Origin: a virus
Lineage: Duplodnaviria > Caudoviricetes
DNA: 64,000 nt
Virus record (IMG/VR): IMGVR_UViG_3300035556_000130
Location: 6,281-70,280 of that record
Strand: one strand, 5' to 3'
Below are positions 19,452-28,946 of this stretch, one piece after another (positions within the stretch are counted from its first letter, which is position 1; the number at the start of each line of letters is the position of its first letter). The position numbers and the translations under genes are program-made. The notes under the pieces were generated by a model. It saw only the letters and a program-made list of their open reading frames with translations. It was not told where the DNA came from and searched no databases.

Positions 19452-19659
19452 CTGAACTCTCCATCTGCTTTTGTAGTTTAAGTAGTTGCTCTGTGGTAAA
19501 CTGAACGCAAAATGAAACGTATGCCCATTCTCCGTCTTTTTTGCTTATCTTGAACTTGGCTGCAAACTCCGAAGCCTTGAAAATATCATCCAAGTTCTCA
19601 ACCGGAGCACCACCTCTCAACATCACCGTATCTGATCGGCGATCTACTTTCTTCCACAT
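19438..19659 (-). CDS. Hypothetical protein, 73 aa
   Basis: ATG at 19659 downstream of a TATA-like TTTATAT at about 19684; the real part of the 355-aa track ORF. Confidence 0.6.
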   Translation of the reverse strand: MWKKVDRRSDTVMLRGGAPVENLDDIFKASEFAAKFKISKKDGEWAYVSFCVQFTTEQLLKLQKQMESSDATA

Positions 19660-19714
19660 TACACGTAAATTGGTAACAAATGATTTATATACTTTTTCAT
19701 ACGTGTAGAATAAT

Positions 19715-20911
19715 ATGCCGAGAAAACCAGGAAGACCATCATCTGACGAGATTTCAACGGAATCCGTAAGGCAGGCAAATGACGCATCAAAGATTGAGGT
19801 ACAGACCGAAGACAATGAAACAGCAAGATTGCTGAAAGAAGCAAATGCTATTTTGACACAATCTGCTAAAACTGATCTGCTGAAAGCAGCAGCAACCAAT
19901 GCAAAGAAGGCTGCTTTAGAAGCAAAAAGAGAAGCGGAAGAAGAATATGCCTCCGTGCGAGGCAAACCATCTGCAACAACAAGCTCTGGATTCAGATCAC
20001 TGCCAGAAGGATTTACTGCGGCTGATGTCCGTGAAATTGCAAGTGCACTGCCAGAAGAACAACGCGAGATGTTTATTAGGCAAGCACTAGGAATGCCAAC
20101 CGGCAATGGGTTGATGAATGCATTTATGCAGAGGACTCCAACTGCACCGCCTACACCAACCGCGCAAACCCAAACACCTCCATCAATGTCATTCCCGGAC
20201 ATGCTGCAAGGTATGATGGGATTGATGACGATGAGCATGCAGCTGGAGCAGAAAAAAGCTGAAGAATGGCGACAGCAGCAGATGTATCTTGAAGAGCAGC
20301 ATCGTCGTCGCGTTGAGGAGCTCCGGGAAGCCCGTGGGGAGATTATAGATAGAGGACCTGACCCAGCAGCAGAGGCATATAAACTCCAGATAGAATTGCT
20401 GAGAGAAGAATTAAAGACCAATCGTGAACTGCTTAAGGAAGCAATGACAAAACGAGAAGGTGGAGATTCATCTCTCGCGTTGCAGCAACAGATACTTGAA
20501 CTCACCCAAAAGAACCTCGATATCCAAAACCAAGCTCAGGAAGCCAAACTCAGGTCAATGGAATCTCAACTGCAACAAACCAGTCGTTTCAATATGAATA
20601 TTAATGACATTATTAAGCAGGCTCATGAAGCCGGAGCAAATCTCAGGGTTGGAGATGCTACGGATCTTCAACTGGCGAATGATCACGAATATAGGATGAA
20701 ACAGCTGGAGTTAGCCAATGAGCGAGATGAAAAGATTGCAATGGCAAAAGTTGAGGAGTTGAAAGCAAAACAAATGCAGGCACAGTCACAACAGGAGCTT
20801 ATAAAGACGATAGCCGTAGCAGTTGGTCAGCAGTTATTAGCCAAGCACGAACCAAAAGAGATAAAAGATTCTAGCGATAATGTGAAACGGTTAGTGGGGG
20901 CCGTCCAATGA
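19715..20911 (+). CDS. Gln/Glu/Met-rich coiled-coil protein (first gene of the structural block)
   Basis: 398-aa ORF with long heptad stretches; coupled to the following genes. Confidence 0.75.
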   Translation: MPRKPGRPSSDEISTESVRQANDASKIEVQTEDNETARLLKEANAILTQSAKTDLLKAAATNAKKAALEAKREAEEEYASVRGKPSATTSSGFRSLPEGFTAADVREIASALPEEQREMFIRQALGMPTGNGLMNAFMQRTPTAPPTPTAQTQTPPSMSFPDMLQGMMGLMTMSMQLEQKKAEEWRQQQMYLEEQHRRRVEELREARGEIIDRGPDPAAEAYKLQIELLREELKTNRELLKEAMTKREGGDSSLALQQQILELTQKNLDIQNQAQEAKLRSMESQLQQTSRFNMNINDIIKQAHEAGANLRVGDATDLQLANDHEYRMKQLELANERDEKIAMAKVEELKAKQMQAQSQQELIKTIAVAVGQQLLAKHEPKEIKDSSDNVKRLVGAVQ

Positions 20912-21267
20912 GTCTAAGCGAATTAGATCAGATTATTGCGGTTCATCTTGGGGCTATCGAAAAGTTCCCGAACGAAACGGAGATAAAAGCCGCTTTCCAA
21001 CAATCGATGGTCATGGGTTCTGACAATACGGTAAAATTTATAAAATCCATGAACATCTGGGAAGTTGCGAAGCCAGTGCTTCAAAATGCTATCAGTGACA
21101 TCCCAACGAGCGCAAATCCTGAAATAGCTGGACGGATATTTAACGTAATGGAAAAGATTTACCCAAAATTCATCGTTTCCATTGCAACGTCCCAGAAAAA
21201 GACGACGCATGCTGGTGAGATCATATCAAAGTTGATTAAGGAGATACGAGATGGCACTGAAAATTAG
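20908..21267 (+). CDS. Hypothetical protein, 119 aa
   Basis: ATGA coupling. Confidence 0.7.
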   Translation: MSLSELDQIIAVHLGAIEKFPNETEIKAAFQQSMVMGSDNTVKFIKSMNIWEVAKPVLQNAISDIPTSANPEIAGRIFNVMEKIYPKFIVSIATSQKKTTHAGEIISKLIKEIRDGTEN

Positions 21268-22072
21268 AAAAATATCGGATGAGAAATATGGGTTGGTTGA
21301 TCGCCCGTTTCGGGTTTATGAAGTACCCGAAGGAATTGGCCTTGATGAATATGCACTAGAGGATTACAGGCAACCTATTTCCTTTGACGGTAACAAGGTT
21401 CCCCTCACATATCTGCAACTGGCAAAAAATCCAGCCACTCGGAAATTCGTGCCGTTTGAAATTCTCTATGACGCCGAGGCATATACAGATGAGGATATAT
21501 TGGCAATCCCTACCCTTGGGCAAGTGGGCCAGACATGCTCATATTGCCAGGCCAGGAACGCAGGGGAAGAACTAATCAGCAAATTGCCCGCTATTCAGGA
21601 GTATCAACGACCAGTTGGAACCCCAAAGAAATTAGATTTGGGTGATGTGATCACGCCAAGCGTGATTCCTACTGCGGTTGACGTGTTCGCAAAAATATTT
21701 TGCCAGCCATTGGGGGAAGCACTCCTGAAAATTGGGGTTTCTGGGTTATCCTCGATAGCGGCTGGCTGGGCAGCAGAAGGCGGTACTCAGGAGGCATGGA
21801 GAAAAATCTCCGAGGATGTTGTCAGTGAATATAAGGTCTGTCCGACGGATATTCCTGCGTTTCAGCAAAACGTCCTGGCAATAAAAGAAGCACTTGATAA
21901 AGACAAGAAAAATATCATAGGTGCCTTGGCGACGGGCACTATAAAGAACTTTGGACAACTCGCAAAGGAGCATGGATTCGAGGTGTCGGGTGCTGCAAAT
22001 GCCCATTTCGCAGGACGAGCCTCAGTTGCTGTTGCTCCTATGCAACGTGGAGGAGGTCGAGCAATCGATTAG
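21251..22072 (+). CDS. Hypothetical protein, 273 aa, possible virion protein
   Basis: GGAG upstream, CSYC motif, moderately hydrophobic segment. Confidence 0.7.
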   Translation: MALKIRKISDEKYGLVDRPFRVYEVPEGIGLDEYALEDYRQPISFDGNKVPLTYLQLAKNPATRKFVPFEILYDAEAYTDEDILAIPTLGQVGQTCSYCQARNAGEELISKLPAIQEYQRPVGTPKKLDLGDVITPSVIPTAVDVFAKIFCQPLGEALLKIGVSGLSSIAAGWAAEGGTQEAWRKISEDVVSEYKVCPTDIPAFQQNVLAIKEALDKDKKNIIGALATGTIKNFGQLAKEHGFEVSGAANAHFAGRASVAVAPMQRGGGRAID

Positions 22073-22078
22073 ATTCGC

Positions 22079-22294
22079 ATGGATCAGACAACTTTGAATC
22101 GGGTAACAAATATACTGCGGAGCCGAAACATAACCGCATCAGATATCAGAGCAGCTAATGAAACAATTGCTGCAAATGGTCTCCGAATCAGTGAATTACA
22201 AACTGCTCTGTACTTCGCGAATAACGGAGACCTTCAGCAAGCTCGGGTTATGGCTGGGAGGGCAGCAGATGTATTAAACAGATTGCATCGTTGA
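22079..22294 (+). CDS. Hypothetical helical protein, 71 aa
   Basis: ORF following 22072, convergent with the RHH gene. Confidence 0.6.
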   Translation: MDQTTLNRVTNILRSRNITASDIRAANETIAANGLRISELQTALYFANNGDLQQARVMAGRAADVLNRLHR

Positions 22295-22459
22295 CTATTC
22301 CAAGGCCAACTTCATTCGTTGTTTGGGCATGCTGGGGTTGGCCTTCAACCAGGCTTCAACCATCGTTCGCAGTTCCTCGCTCATTTTCTTTTTCTTTGCG
22401 ATACATCGCGTATGAAATTCCATACCGGAATCGTCTGGTATTTCGAAAGTTATTCGCAT
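22295..22459 (-). CDS. Ribbon-helix-helix (CopG/ParG-like) regulator
   Basis: MRITFEIPDD..MEFHTRCIAKKKKMSEELRTMVEAWLK. Confidence 0.7.
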   Translation of the reverse strand: MRITFEIPDDSGMEFHTRCIAKKKKMSEELRTMVEAWLKANPSMPKQRMKLALE

Positions 22460-22557
22460 ATTCAGCAATTGGGCTTTTAGAATATATGCTTTTCGGAAAA
22501 TGACAAAAAACACTTATATATAAAAAAAATGTTTTATTTATCGGCCAATCGGCCAGG

Positions 22558-23748
22558 ATGAAAAACATGGTTAAAGGCTTTGGAAGAATGACTTTGAATT
22601 TTAAGTATCCATTCTCAGTAGTGGGTACTACAGCCGGAGCATCCATCCAGTGTGGGGATGACCCTGCATATGTTTGGGAGCACGGCCTGGAAAGATATAG
22701 CAAGCCCTGGGAAGTAGCACCCGACATGGTAGCCGAACTTGAAGGTATTGAGGTTGTCGGCGGAGTGGACGCATTCGGAAGGCGCGTACCAATTAAGCGA
22801 ATAGTACCAGTGATTGCCGGAAACGATATCGGGGAGAACATATCTATAAATGAGCACATGGCTCCTGCCCTGAGAGACGGGCCAAACGATCCCAGCTATC
22901 CATTCAGAGACCGTCTGGCATGCATAAACTTCGGCAAGGCCTTGCTTATGGGCGGCGGCGCAAACACGACTTCGATCAAATTGAGTCCTTCTGACACGCT
23001 CAATTTCAAAATCGAGTTTCCAACCGTCGCGCATGGCGGAGATGCAGTAATAAATTCTGACATCGAAATCAAGGCTCACCTGGCATTCGCGAAGGGCGAA
23101 GATCAGATGCTGAATGCTCTGAGATCATCCCCAGTTGCCGAAGTCGCGACAGCTGCGGCCAACAATCAGATCAGGCAGTACGAAGTCCTTGGCGACCTGG
23201 AAATCTCTGATGTTATTACCCCGCAGGTAATAGATAAGTCCGTTCCTGCAACCATGGATTGGTGGTCCAGTCTGAACATGGGCCTGAATGCAGACGATCC
23301 CCAGATAAAGAGGATTATTACCTACACCAAGAATAACCAGGCAACAACCCCCAATCAGGAGATGGAACTGGTTAGAGATGGTCAGTATGTGCAGGTTCCA
23401 TTCCAGAACTTCCGCTGGGTAGCAACCGACAAGAAGTTTTATCGGTTCACGCATGTAGGAGTTATCCCCCATGCCAACATGTTCCAGGTCAAGTTTGACA
23501 ATGGAAACAGCAGATTCCCCATGATCTTCAACTGCGAGCCCAATGACAATCCCTTTGTCATGCCGCAGCAGAGCCTGGTGGCCGATATCAGACGCGGTGG
23601 GCCTACTGAGCTACCAAGAGCATACACCCTGATGAAGGGCATAGGATCTGTGAAGGTAACCGATAACGGGGTATCAATCCCTGCATGGGCTGCCGGTGTC
23701 AGAGGCTTCGAAATTGCCCTTTGGGGATATGAGTACACTTTGCAGTAG
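22558..23748 (+). CDS. Candidate major capsid protein, double jelly-roll-like
   Basis: 396 aa, beta-rich, AT-rich promoter upstream, heads a run of structural genes; NNQATTPN / THVGV / TDNGVSIPA motifs recalled from euryarchaeal tailless-virus capsid proteins; not verified by search. Confidence 0.5.
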   Translation: MKNMVKGFGRMTLNFKYPFSVVGTTAGASIQCGDDPAYVWEHGLERYSKPWEVAPDMVAELEGIEVVGGVDAFGRRVPIKRIVPVIAGNDIGENISINEHMAPALRDGPNDPSYPFRDRLACINFGKALLMGGGANTTSIKLSPSDTLNFKIEFPTVAHGGDAVINSDIEIKAHLAFAKGEDQMLNALRSSPVAEVATAAANNQIRQYEVLGDLEISDVITPQVIDKSVPATMDWWSSLNMGLNADDPQIKRIITYTKNNQATTPNQEMELVRDGQYVQVPFQNFRWVATDKKFYRFTHVGVIPHANMFQVKFDNGNSRFPMIFNCEPNDNPFVMPQQSLVADIRRGGPTELPRAYTLMKGIGSVKVTDNGVSIPAWAAGVRGFEIALWGYEYTLQ

Positions 23749-23758
23749 GTGATATGAA

Positions 23759-24532
23759 ATGTTCGCATTATTTCCAATAAATTCCGTTGGACTGACAACG
23801 GTACAAGGTATTCCCGCATACTGGGTAAGACTCCCTCCTGGATCTAAGCCCATTCGGGATATATATACGGGTGCCACCCCAGCGGCCACGGATGGAAAAG
23901 GGGTCGTTATGATGGCCCTCGGGGTTCAGGAATCACTCGTAATCGACGACTGTGAAGATGCATGGGATGAGGACGTTCCCGCAAATTATACGGTGTCCCT
24001 GGATGCCACCGATAAGATGGTGGGAACCTCCTCCGTAAAGGTGGATATTACCGCCGCCGGCGCAGCTGGCACCATCCTATGTGAGGTAGTTGCACCAGGC
24101 ACAGCATTGCCAAAATTCACCCATCTGGAATTTTGGATCAAATGTTCCGTGCCTACTACTGCTGGAGATCTCCAGATTCTGCTGGACGATACCGCCAAGT
24201 GCGCCTCCCCGCTGGAAACTCTCAACGTGCCTGCCCTGGTAGCAAATACCTGGACTCATGTCAGAGTTGCACTTGCCACCCCACAGCTTGATTCCGCCAT
24301 CATTTCGTTGGGCCTCAAGTACAACGTGGATATTGGCGCATGCACAATTCATCTGGATGATTTCAGGGCTGTTCGTTTAGCAACCAAGGCCATACCTCTC
24401 CAGGTGTCCCAGTTCGTCCAGGACGATGTATATCTGGCACTGTCCGAGGCTGTAGATACGGCATATAACCAAAATGCTGTCTTGCTGGTATATTATACCA
24501 GCCCGGATGAAGATCCGACTTGCAGCAATTAG
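23759..24532 (+). CDS. Putative vertex/spike protein with carbohydrate-binding-like beta-sandwich
   Basis: VIDDCED..W...FTHLEFWIK...WTHVRVAL...IHLDDFRAV jelly-roll lectin pattern; directly follows the capsid candidate. Confidence 0.55.
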   Translation: MFALFPINSVGLTTVQGIPAYWVRLPPGSKPIRDIYTGATPAATDGKGVVMMALGVQESLVIDDCEDAWDEDVPANYTVSLDATDKMVGTSSVKVDITAAGAAGTILCEVVAPGTALPKFTHLEFWIKCSVPTTAGDLQILLDDTAKCASPLETLNVPALVANTWTHVRVALATPQLDSAIISLGLKYNVDIGACTIHLDDFRAVRLATKAIPLQVSQFVQDDVYLALSEAVDTAYNQNAVLLVYYTSPDEDPTCSN

Positions 24533-24550
24533 AGGGAATATATTCCCTCT

Positions 24551-24775
24551 TTATTTTTTTATAAAATTGAATAATGTTGCTCTAATGTCTCTTGTAAGGC
24601 TATCCACATCCAGATTGCCGTTCATCTTTGGCGGAAACACAATCAGCACCCCATGATCTAGAAGTTGCAGATCATCACCGGCCTTTACATTATGTTGCTT
24701 GGTCCACGCAGCTGGCAAAGTTATCCTTTTCGACCCACCACTTGGGATCGCCTTCACAGTTCTGAACATTGGCAT
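24551..24775 (-). CDS. AbrB/MazE (SpoVT)-type DNA-binding protein
   Basis: GGSKRITLPAAWTKQHNVKAGDDLQL. Confidence 0.8.
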   Translation of the reverse strand: MPMFRTVKAIPSGGSKRITLPAAWTKQHNVKAGDDLQLLDHGVLIVFPPKMNGNLDVDSLTRDIRATLFNFIKK

Positions 24776-24903
24776 AATAATACCACTATGTTCCTATTAT
24801 ATAACATTGTTGAACAAGGCTATTAAATAAAAATAATCCGATTGAACATTGTACTACTTTATCCCTCACTTATTTTTATATTAATCCATTGAAAGTGCTT
24901 GTT

Positions 24904-25977
24904 ATGACAGCATTCGCAAACTTGGCTTACGCCAGGTATCCAACGGAGGTACTGCCTGAAGTATTCAGGATAAACGTACCTGTCGATAGTATGGAAGTTG
25001 CACGATACGAAAACTTTGGAAAGAGACTGATCGAAATTCGGAACATGGTATCCACAAGACCGGCTGCAAACCCAGTGGAGACTCTTGTGGCTACTGACAA
25101 GTCTGACGAAGCTTTGAGATTATATTCAGCCGCTCAGGGTGGAGTTTGGAACGAGGACGCTCCTGCAATCTCCAATAAAACACGGGCTTCAACATATGCT
25201 TACATTCGCCAGCGAAGCATCGGAGGCGCAGAGGCTAATATCATTACCCGCTATCACGTTGTTGCCAGAAATTACAACATGCTAGACCTCTATCGTTGGG
25301 GTGTCAAAGACCCAGAGACTGCTCTGAATCTCATAGAAAGTAGACTGGACGACGACGCCAGAACGAGAATCCTGGAAAAAGCCAACCTTGTTGAAAGGGC
25401 CTTAATAGGCAATCTTCCTATCCACCAGGATCTTTTGAATCCATCTATCGAAGAGCAGTTCGAGGATGTCAAAGAGATATCTCGGCAAATTCCCGGACTT
25501 GCCGCAAATGGCGGATCGCATGTTCTATCCGGGTCCTGGATACGGGTTCCTCCTGGGTACGTAGCAGTTATCCTCGGTGTGGGGGTTGACGCGGCCCAGG
25601 TTAGAAACAACCTTGGTGCAGGTGCGCTTGATCCTTATGACGCCTGTCACATATTCATCAGCAGGGACGACTTGATTAACTATGTCAGAATGGATGCCGC
25701 CGCGATGCCATCTGGAGTTGCAGGGTCACCAGATATTGATATGCGGATGTACATCCCAGCCTGCCAGAAGTTCCAAATAGAAATCAGAAACAACCACGCC
25801 GTCAACGCGATCGCAGCAAATCTTCGGCTACGTGTTCGATATGGCCTGCGAAAAATGAGCATCATAGATCACCAGAAATGGGGCATCCCGTATGCAACAG
25901 ATGTTGAGCAAGCCGCTGCCAACGCGCTGATCGAAAAACATCAACTTAATGATCTGATCTACATCGGCGAGATGTAA
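24904..25977 (+). CDS. Second candidate capsid protein with an internal duplication
   Basis: About 357 aa, beta-rich; two RY..(N/S)(M/I).D..(R/K)WG units; own AT-rich promoter. Confidence 0.45.
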   Translation: MTAFANLAYARYPTEVLPEVFRINVPVDSMEVARYENFGKRLIEIRNMVSTRPAANPVETLVATDKSDEALRLYSAAQGGVWNEDAPAISNKTRASTYAYIRQRSIGGAEANIITRYHVVARNYNMLDLYRWGVKDPETALNLIESRLDDDARTRILEKANLVERALIGNLPIHQDLLNPSIEEQFEDVKEISRQIPGLAANGGSHVLSGSWIRVPPGYVAVILGVGVDAAQVRNNLGAGALDPYDACHIFISRDDLINYVRMDAAAMPSGVAGSPDIDMRMYIPACQKFQIEIRNNHAVNAIAANLRLRVRYGLRKMSIIDHQKWGIPYATDVEQAAANALIEKHQLNDLIYIGEM

Positions 25978-25987
25978 GGAGGAATCC

Positions 25988-26359
25988 ATGCTTCAATATA
26001 GGCATGTACCATTTGCAATATTTCGTCAAGTATGCGGTGGGGTAGGTGAAGCGGGCCTCCGTCGATACGACATAATGAAAGGCGAGGATGGGTTAGCCGG
26101 CCTGGGAGTGCCTGCTAAAGCCATCACCATCATAAACCATGGACCTGGAATCCTGTATTACCAGTTATCCTCGAACGGAAGAGATGTATCCGTGGTTGAT
26201 GGGATCGACTCGGGTCAGGGTAAAGCTTATCCACCTGATGAGGCGGCATATACCGCAATAGTCAGTGTTTATTCTGACAACGCTGCAACCTCTTTCTCGA
26301 TCATGGCTTCACCTGGCGTATGGACCGAAGAGGAATTTATTGAGCTGATGGAGGCATGA
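25988..26359 (+). CDS. Small beta-rich putative structural protein
   Basis: GGAGG upstream; KAITIINHGPGILYYQLS pattern. Confidence 0.6.
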   Translation: MLQYRHVPFAIFRQVCGGVGEAGLRRYDIMKGEDGLAGLGVPAKAITIINHGPGILYYQLSSNGRDVSVVDGIDSGQGKAYPPDEAAYTAIVSVYSDNAATSFSIMASPGVWTEEEFIELMEA

Positions 26360-26360
26360 A

Positions 26361-27395
26361 ATGCCAACCATAATTCAGACAACCATCAGGGCCGACATAG
26401 ACAGTATGTTCCTGAGCAGAGACGCCGGTGGAACTCTATTCGTAGATAAAGAATTCGCAGGAGCTACCGATGACAATGATGGACTCTCGGCAACTTCCCC
26501 CAAACTAACCATAACGGGAGCCATAGCAGCAGCTGGATCTGGGTGGCGCATCAGAGTGGCACCTGGAAGCTATATTGAAAACATTGTAGTTCCAACTGGG
26601 TATGAAGGTCTGATAATTGAAGGCCGAGACAGACTCGGGGCCAATCGAACGACTCTTAGCCCCGCTTCCGGTATTCCAGTCGAAATAAATTCCAACAATG
26701 TTGAAATATACAACATGGAGATCATTGCCGGCCTCCCAGCCCCCGGCGACACTCATAACACCGCGCTCTATCTTACAGGCCTAAACCATAAGATTCATGA
26801 CCTGTCAATCATCGGAAATAGCGCCAATTGCTGGGGCATTTGGATTGATGATGCCGATTTCGCAGACATACATGACTGTTACATAGACGGCAGCTATAAT
26901 GAAAACGGTATCGGCATATTCGTAGGAAACGACTCGATAACCTGCAAAATTTATAAAAACCACATAACTAAGTGGGGTAGCGGAGCAGGTGACGGCGGCA
27001 TTAAAAACGGATACGGTATAGGGCGGCATATAAATGCCCAAAGAACATTGATTATGGAAAACGATATTCTTGACAACTTCGTCGGGATTTACTACTATCC
27101 GCCAACTGGCGAAACCGATATTGAAGGCGACTCCATAGTTCACAATAACTTTGCGGAGAACTCATCATACGACATCTACGACACCCATGATTATCCCAAA
27201 TCTGCAATCAACATTGATAGCAACTTTTATGGGTATTCTACGGGAGGGCTTCTCTGGTACGCCGATAACAATGGAGATAATGTTGCCGATTCGATCATAT
27301 TTTGCGGGACTAACCGAGATAGGCATCCCCTGGCTGGGCCGCATATATGGCGCGGAGTCGTTGGCGGTTTGCCGAGGTTCGGAGGGTTAATATGA
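26361..27395 (+). CDS. Parallel beta-helix (pectin-lyase-like/NosD) adhesin or depolymerase
   Basis: LTITGAIAAA...IRVAPGSYIENIVV entry motif followed by GI.I..N repeats. Confidence 0.8.
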   Translation: MPTIIQTTIRADIDSMFLSRDAGGTLFVDKEFAGATDDNDGLSATSPKLTITGAIAAAGSGWRIRVAPGSYIENIVVPTGYEGLIIEGRDRLGANRTTLSPASGIPVEINSNNVEIYNMEIIAGLPAPGDTHNTALYLTGLNHKIHDLSIIGNSANCWGIWIDDADFADIHDCYIDGSYNENGIGIFVGNDSITCKIYKNHITKWGSGAGDGGIKNGYGIGRHINAQRTLIMENDILDNFVGIYYYPPTGETDIEGDSIVHNNFAENSSYDIYDTHDYPKSAINIDSNFYGYSTGGLLWYADNNGDNVADSIIFCGTNRDRHPLAGPHIWRGVVGGLPRFGGLI

Positions 27396-27485
27396 AGAAA
27401 TTTAAAAACACCGAAAAGGGCAAACCAGGTGAAACTCTGGGTATTTTGAATACCGTTCCAGTGCCAATTAAGATAGAGGAGGAGA

Positions 27486-28946
27486 TTGATGATGATAACG
27501 GGAATTGAACCCTTCAACGTTCTCCCCAGCAAGATTACGGCCAATGATAGCTTCTACAATGACTCTGGGCTTTGGGATGACCCAGAACTACATGGAACCG
27601 GTTTTAATCGGTTTGCGGGTTATATGCAAGCCATCCACAACATCGGCGGAGGAACCGGATTGTCATACCTCCAGGCAACCCAGAGATTCGGTGCCCAGAT
27701 GACATTCGAGGTTGCAATGAGCTTGCCTTCTTTCGATCCAGCAAGCAACGATCAAATATCTGGTATCCGACTCTGGGTAAATGATAACAACTGGTTCATA
27801 CTGGGGGCCGAGATCAACGCTGGAAACCAGTCCGCAGCCATGCTTAGATACAAGATTGCGGGAACTGAAAATGTAGCCCATTTTCCGACCCATGCTGAAG
27901 ATGCAGTTCGTAGCAATCTGGACACACTACGTCGAAAATACAGAATCGATGTACTAAGCGATCACTTGGTTATATATGTCAACGGAATCAAGAGGTTCGA
28001 CATAAAAACAGATGCGTCCGTGCCCATGCTGAACTACTATTTCGAATTGGTAGCCGGCACGACCGACAATACCAAGGCATTCGAAGTACATTTCCGAGAC
28101 GTGGTGTTCAGGAACGAAATCATTTCGCCGGATAGTTACCCTGCCAGAATAAGCGGGTCAATTACGCTAAACAACACGACCCCCGTCGAAATGATTTTTG
28201 AGGATAAAATATCTGGAGACGTATATGAAGTAGTACTGCGAGCCGACTTGGACGAGGCTTATATGCCTGCGGCACATCGACTAGATTCCCCAGACTCATA
28301 TACGAACATTACAGCAGAATGTAACGATCTGACAACTGGAATGGCCGTTTTGTTACCGGGCATTCCGGCATCAGGCGACGCAGTGATATTTGGCGCGCCA
28401 GAGAAATTTGACCACATCGATGTCTATATGGATGGAGGAGCCTCCAATATAGACAATGAATTCAATGTGCTATATTGGAACGGTACAATCTGGGCAGCGC
28501 TTGCGGTCACTGATGGTACAAATGGGGGGATTGCTGGAAGAACATTTTATGAAAATGGCAGGATATCGTTTGTACCGCCAGCTGATTGGGCCCAGGTTGC
28601 TGTAAATGGGGTCACCTGTTATTACGTATCGGTCAGGGTGACAACTGCCGGGGCCAGCGTCCCAGTAGCCACACATATCCAACTAGGATTAGTTAATCAC
28701 AGTGGGTTTGATCATGCTGCGGCTTTCTTAAGCACATTGGAAATAAAAATGTTTAAAGGATTTACTGGCATTGGCTATACCCGATTTTATATGGATGCAA
28801 TGTCATACCGGCAATGTGTTGGTGAGCGTAATCCTGAAATCAATGGGTGGAGGTGTGACGGGAATGCGAAAGTAACATTCCAGTTATCGAAAAACCCGAC
28901 AAAACCAGTCGTTGTTCCGTATTACGCTTTTACCAGGAGGCTATGA
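27486..28946 (+). CDS. Putative adhesin with concanavalin-like beta-sandwich domains
   Basis: Aromatic beta-rich; FNVLYWNGTIWAALAVTDGT...GRISFVPPADW...YYVSVR. Confidence 0.6.
   Translation: MMMITGIEPFNVLPSKITANDSFYNDSGLWDDPELHGTGFNRFAGYMQAIHNIGGGTGLSYLQATQRFGAQMTFEVAMSLPSFDPASNDQISGIRLWVNDNNWFILGAEINAGNQSAAMLRYKIAGTENVAHFPTHAEDAVRSNLDTLRRKYRIDVLSDHLVIYVNGIKRFDIKTDASVPMLNYYFELVAGTTDNTKAFEVHFRDVVFRNEIISPDSYPARISGSITLNNTTPVEMIFEDKISGDVYEVVLRADLDEAYMPAAHRLDSPDSYTNITAECNDLTTGMAVLLPGIPASGDAVIFGAPEKFDHIDVYMDGGASNIDNEFNVLYWNGTIWAALAVTDGTNGGIAGRTFYENGRISFVPPADWAQVAVNGVTCYYVSVRVTTAGASVPVATHIQLGLVNHSGFDHAAAFLSTLEIKMFKGFTGIGYTRFYMDAMSYRQCVGERNPEINGWRCDGNAKVTFQLSKNPTKPVVVPYYAFTRRL

Noticed and set aside
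19660-20505. 355-aa minus-strand ORF (19438-20505)
   Set aside because: Mostly the antisense shadow of 19715-20911; only the last 73 codons look like a real gene
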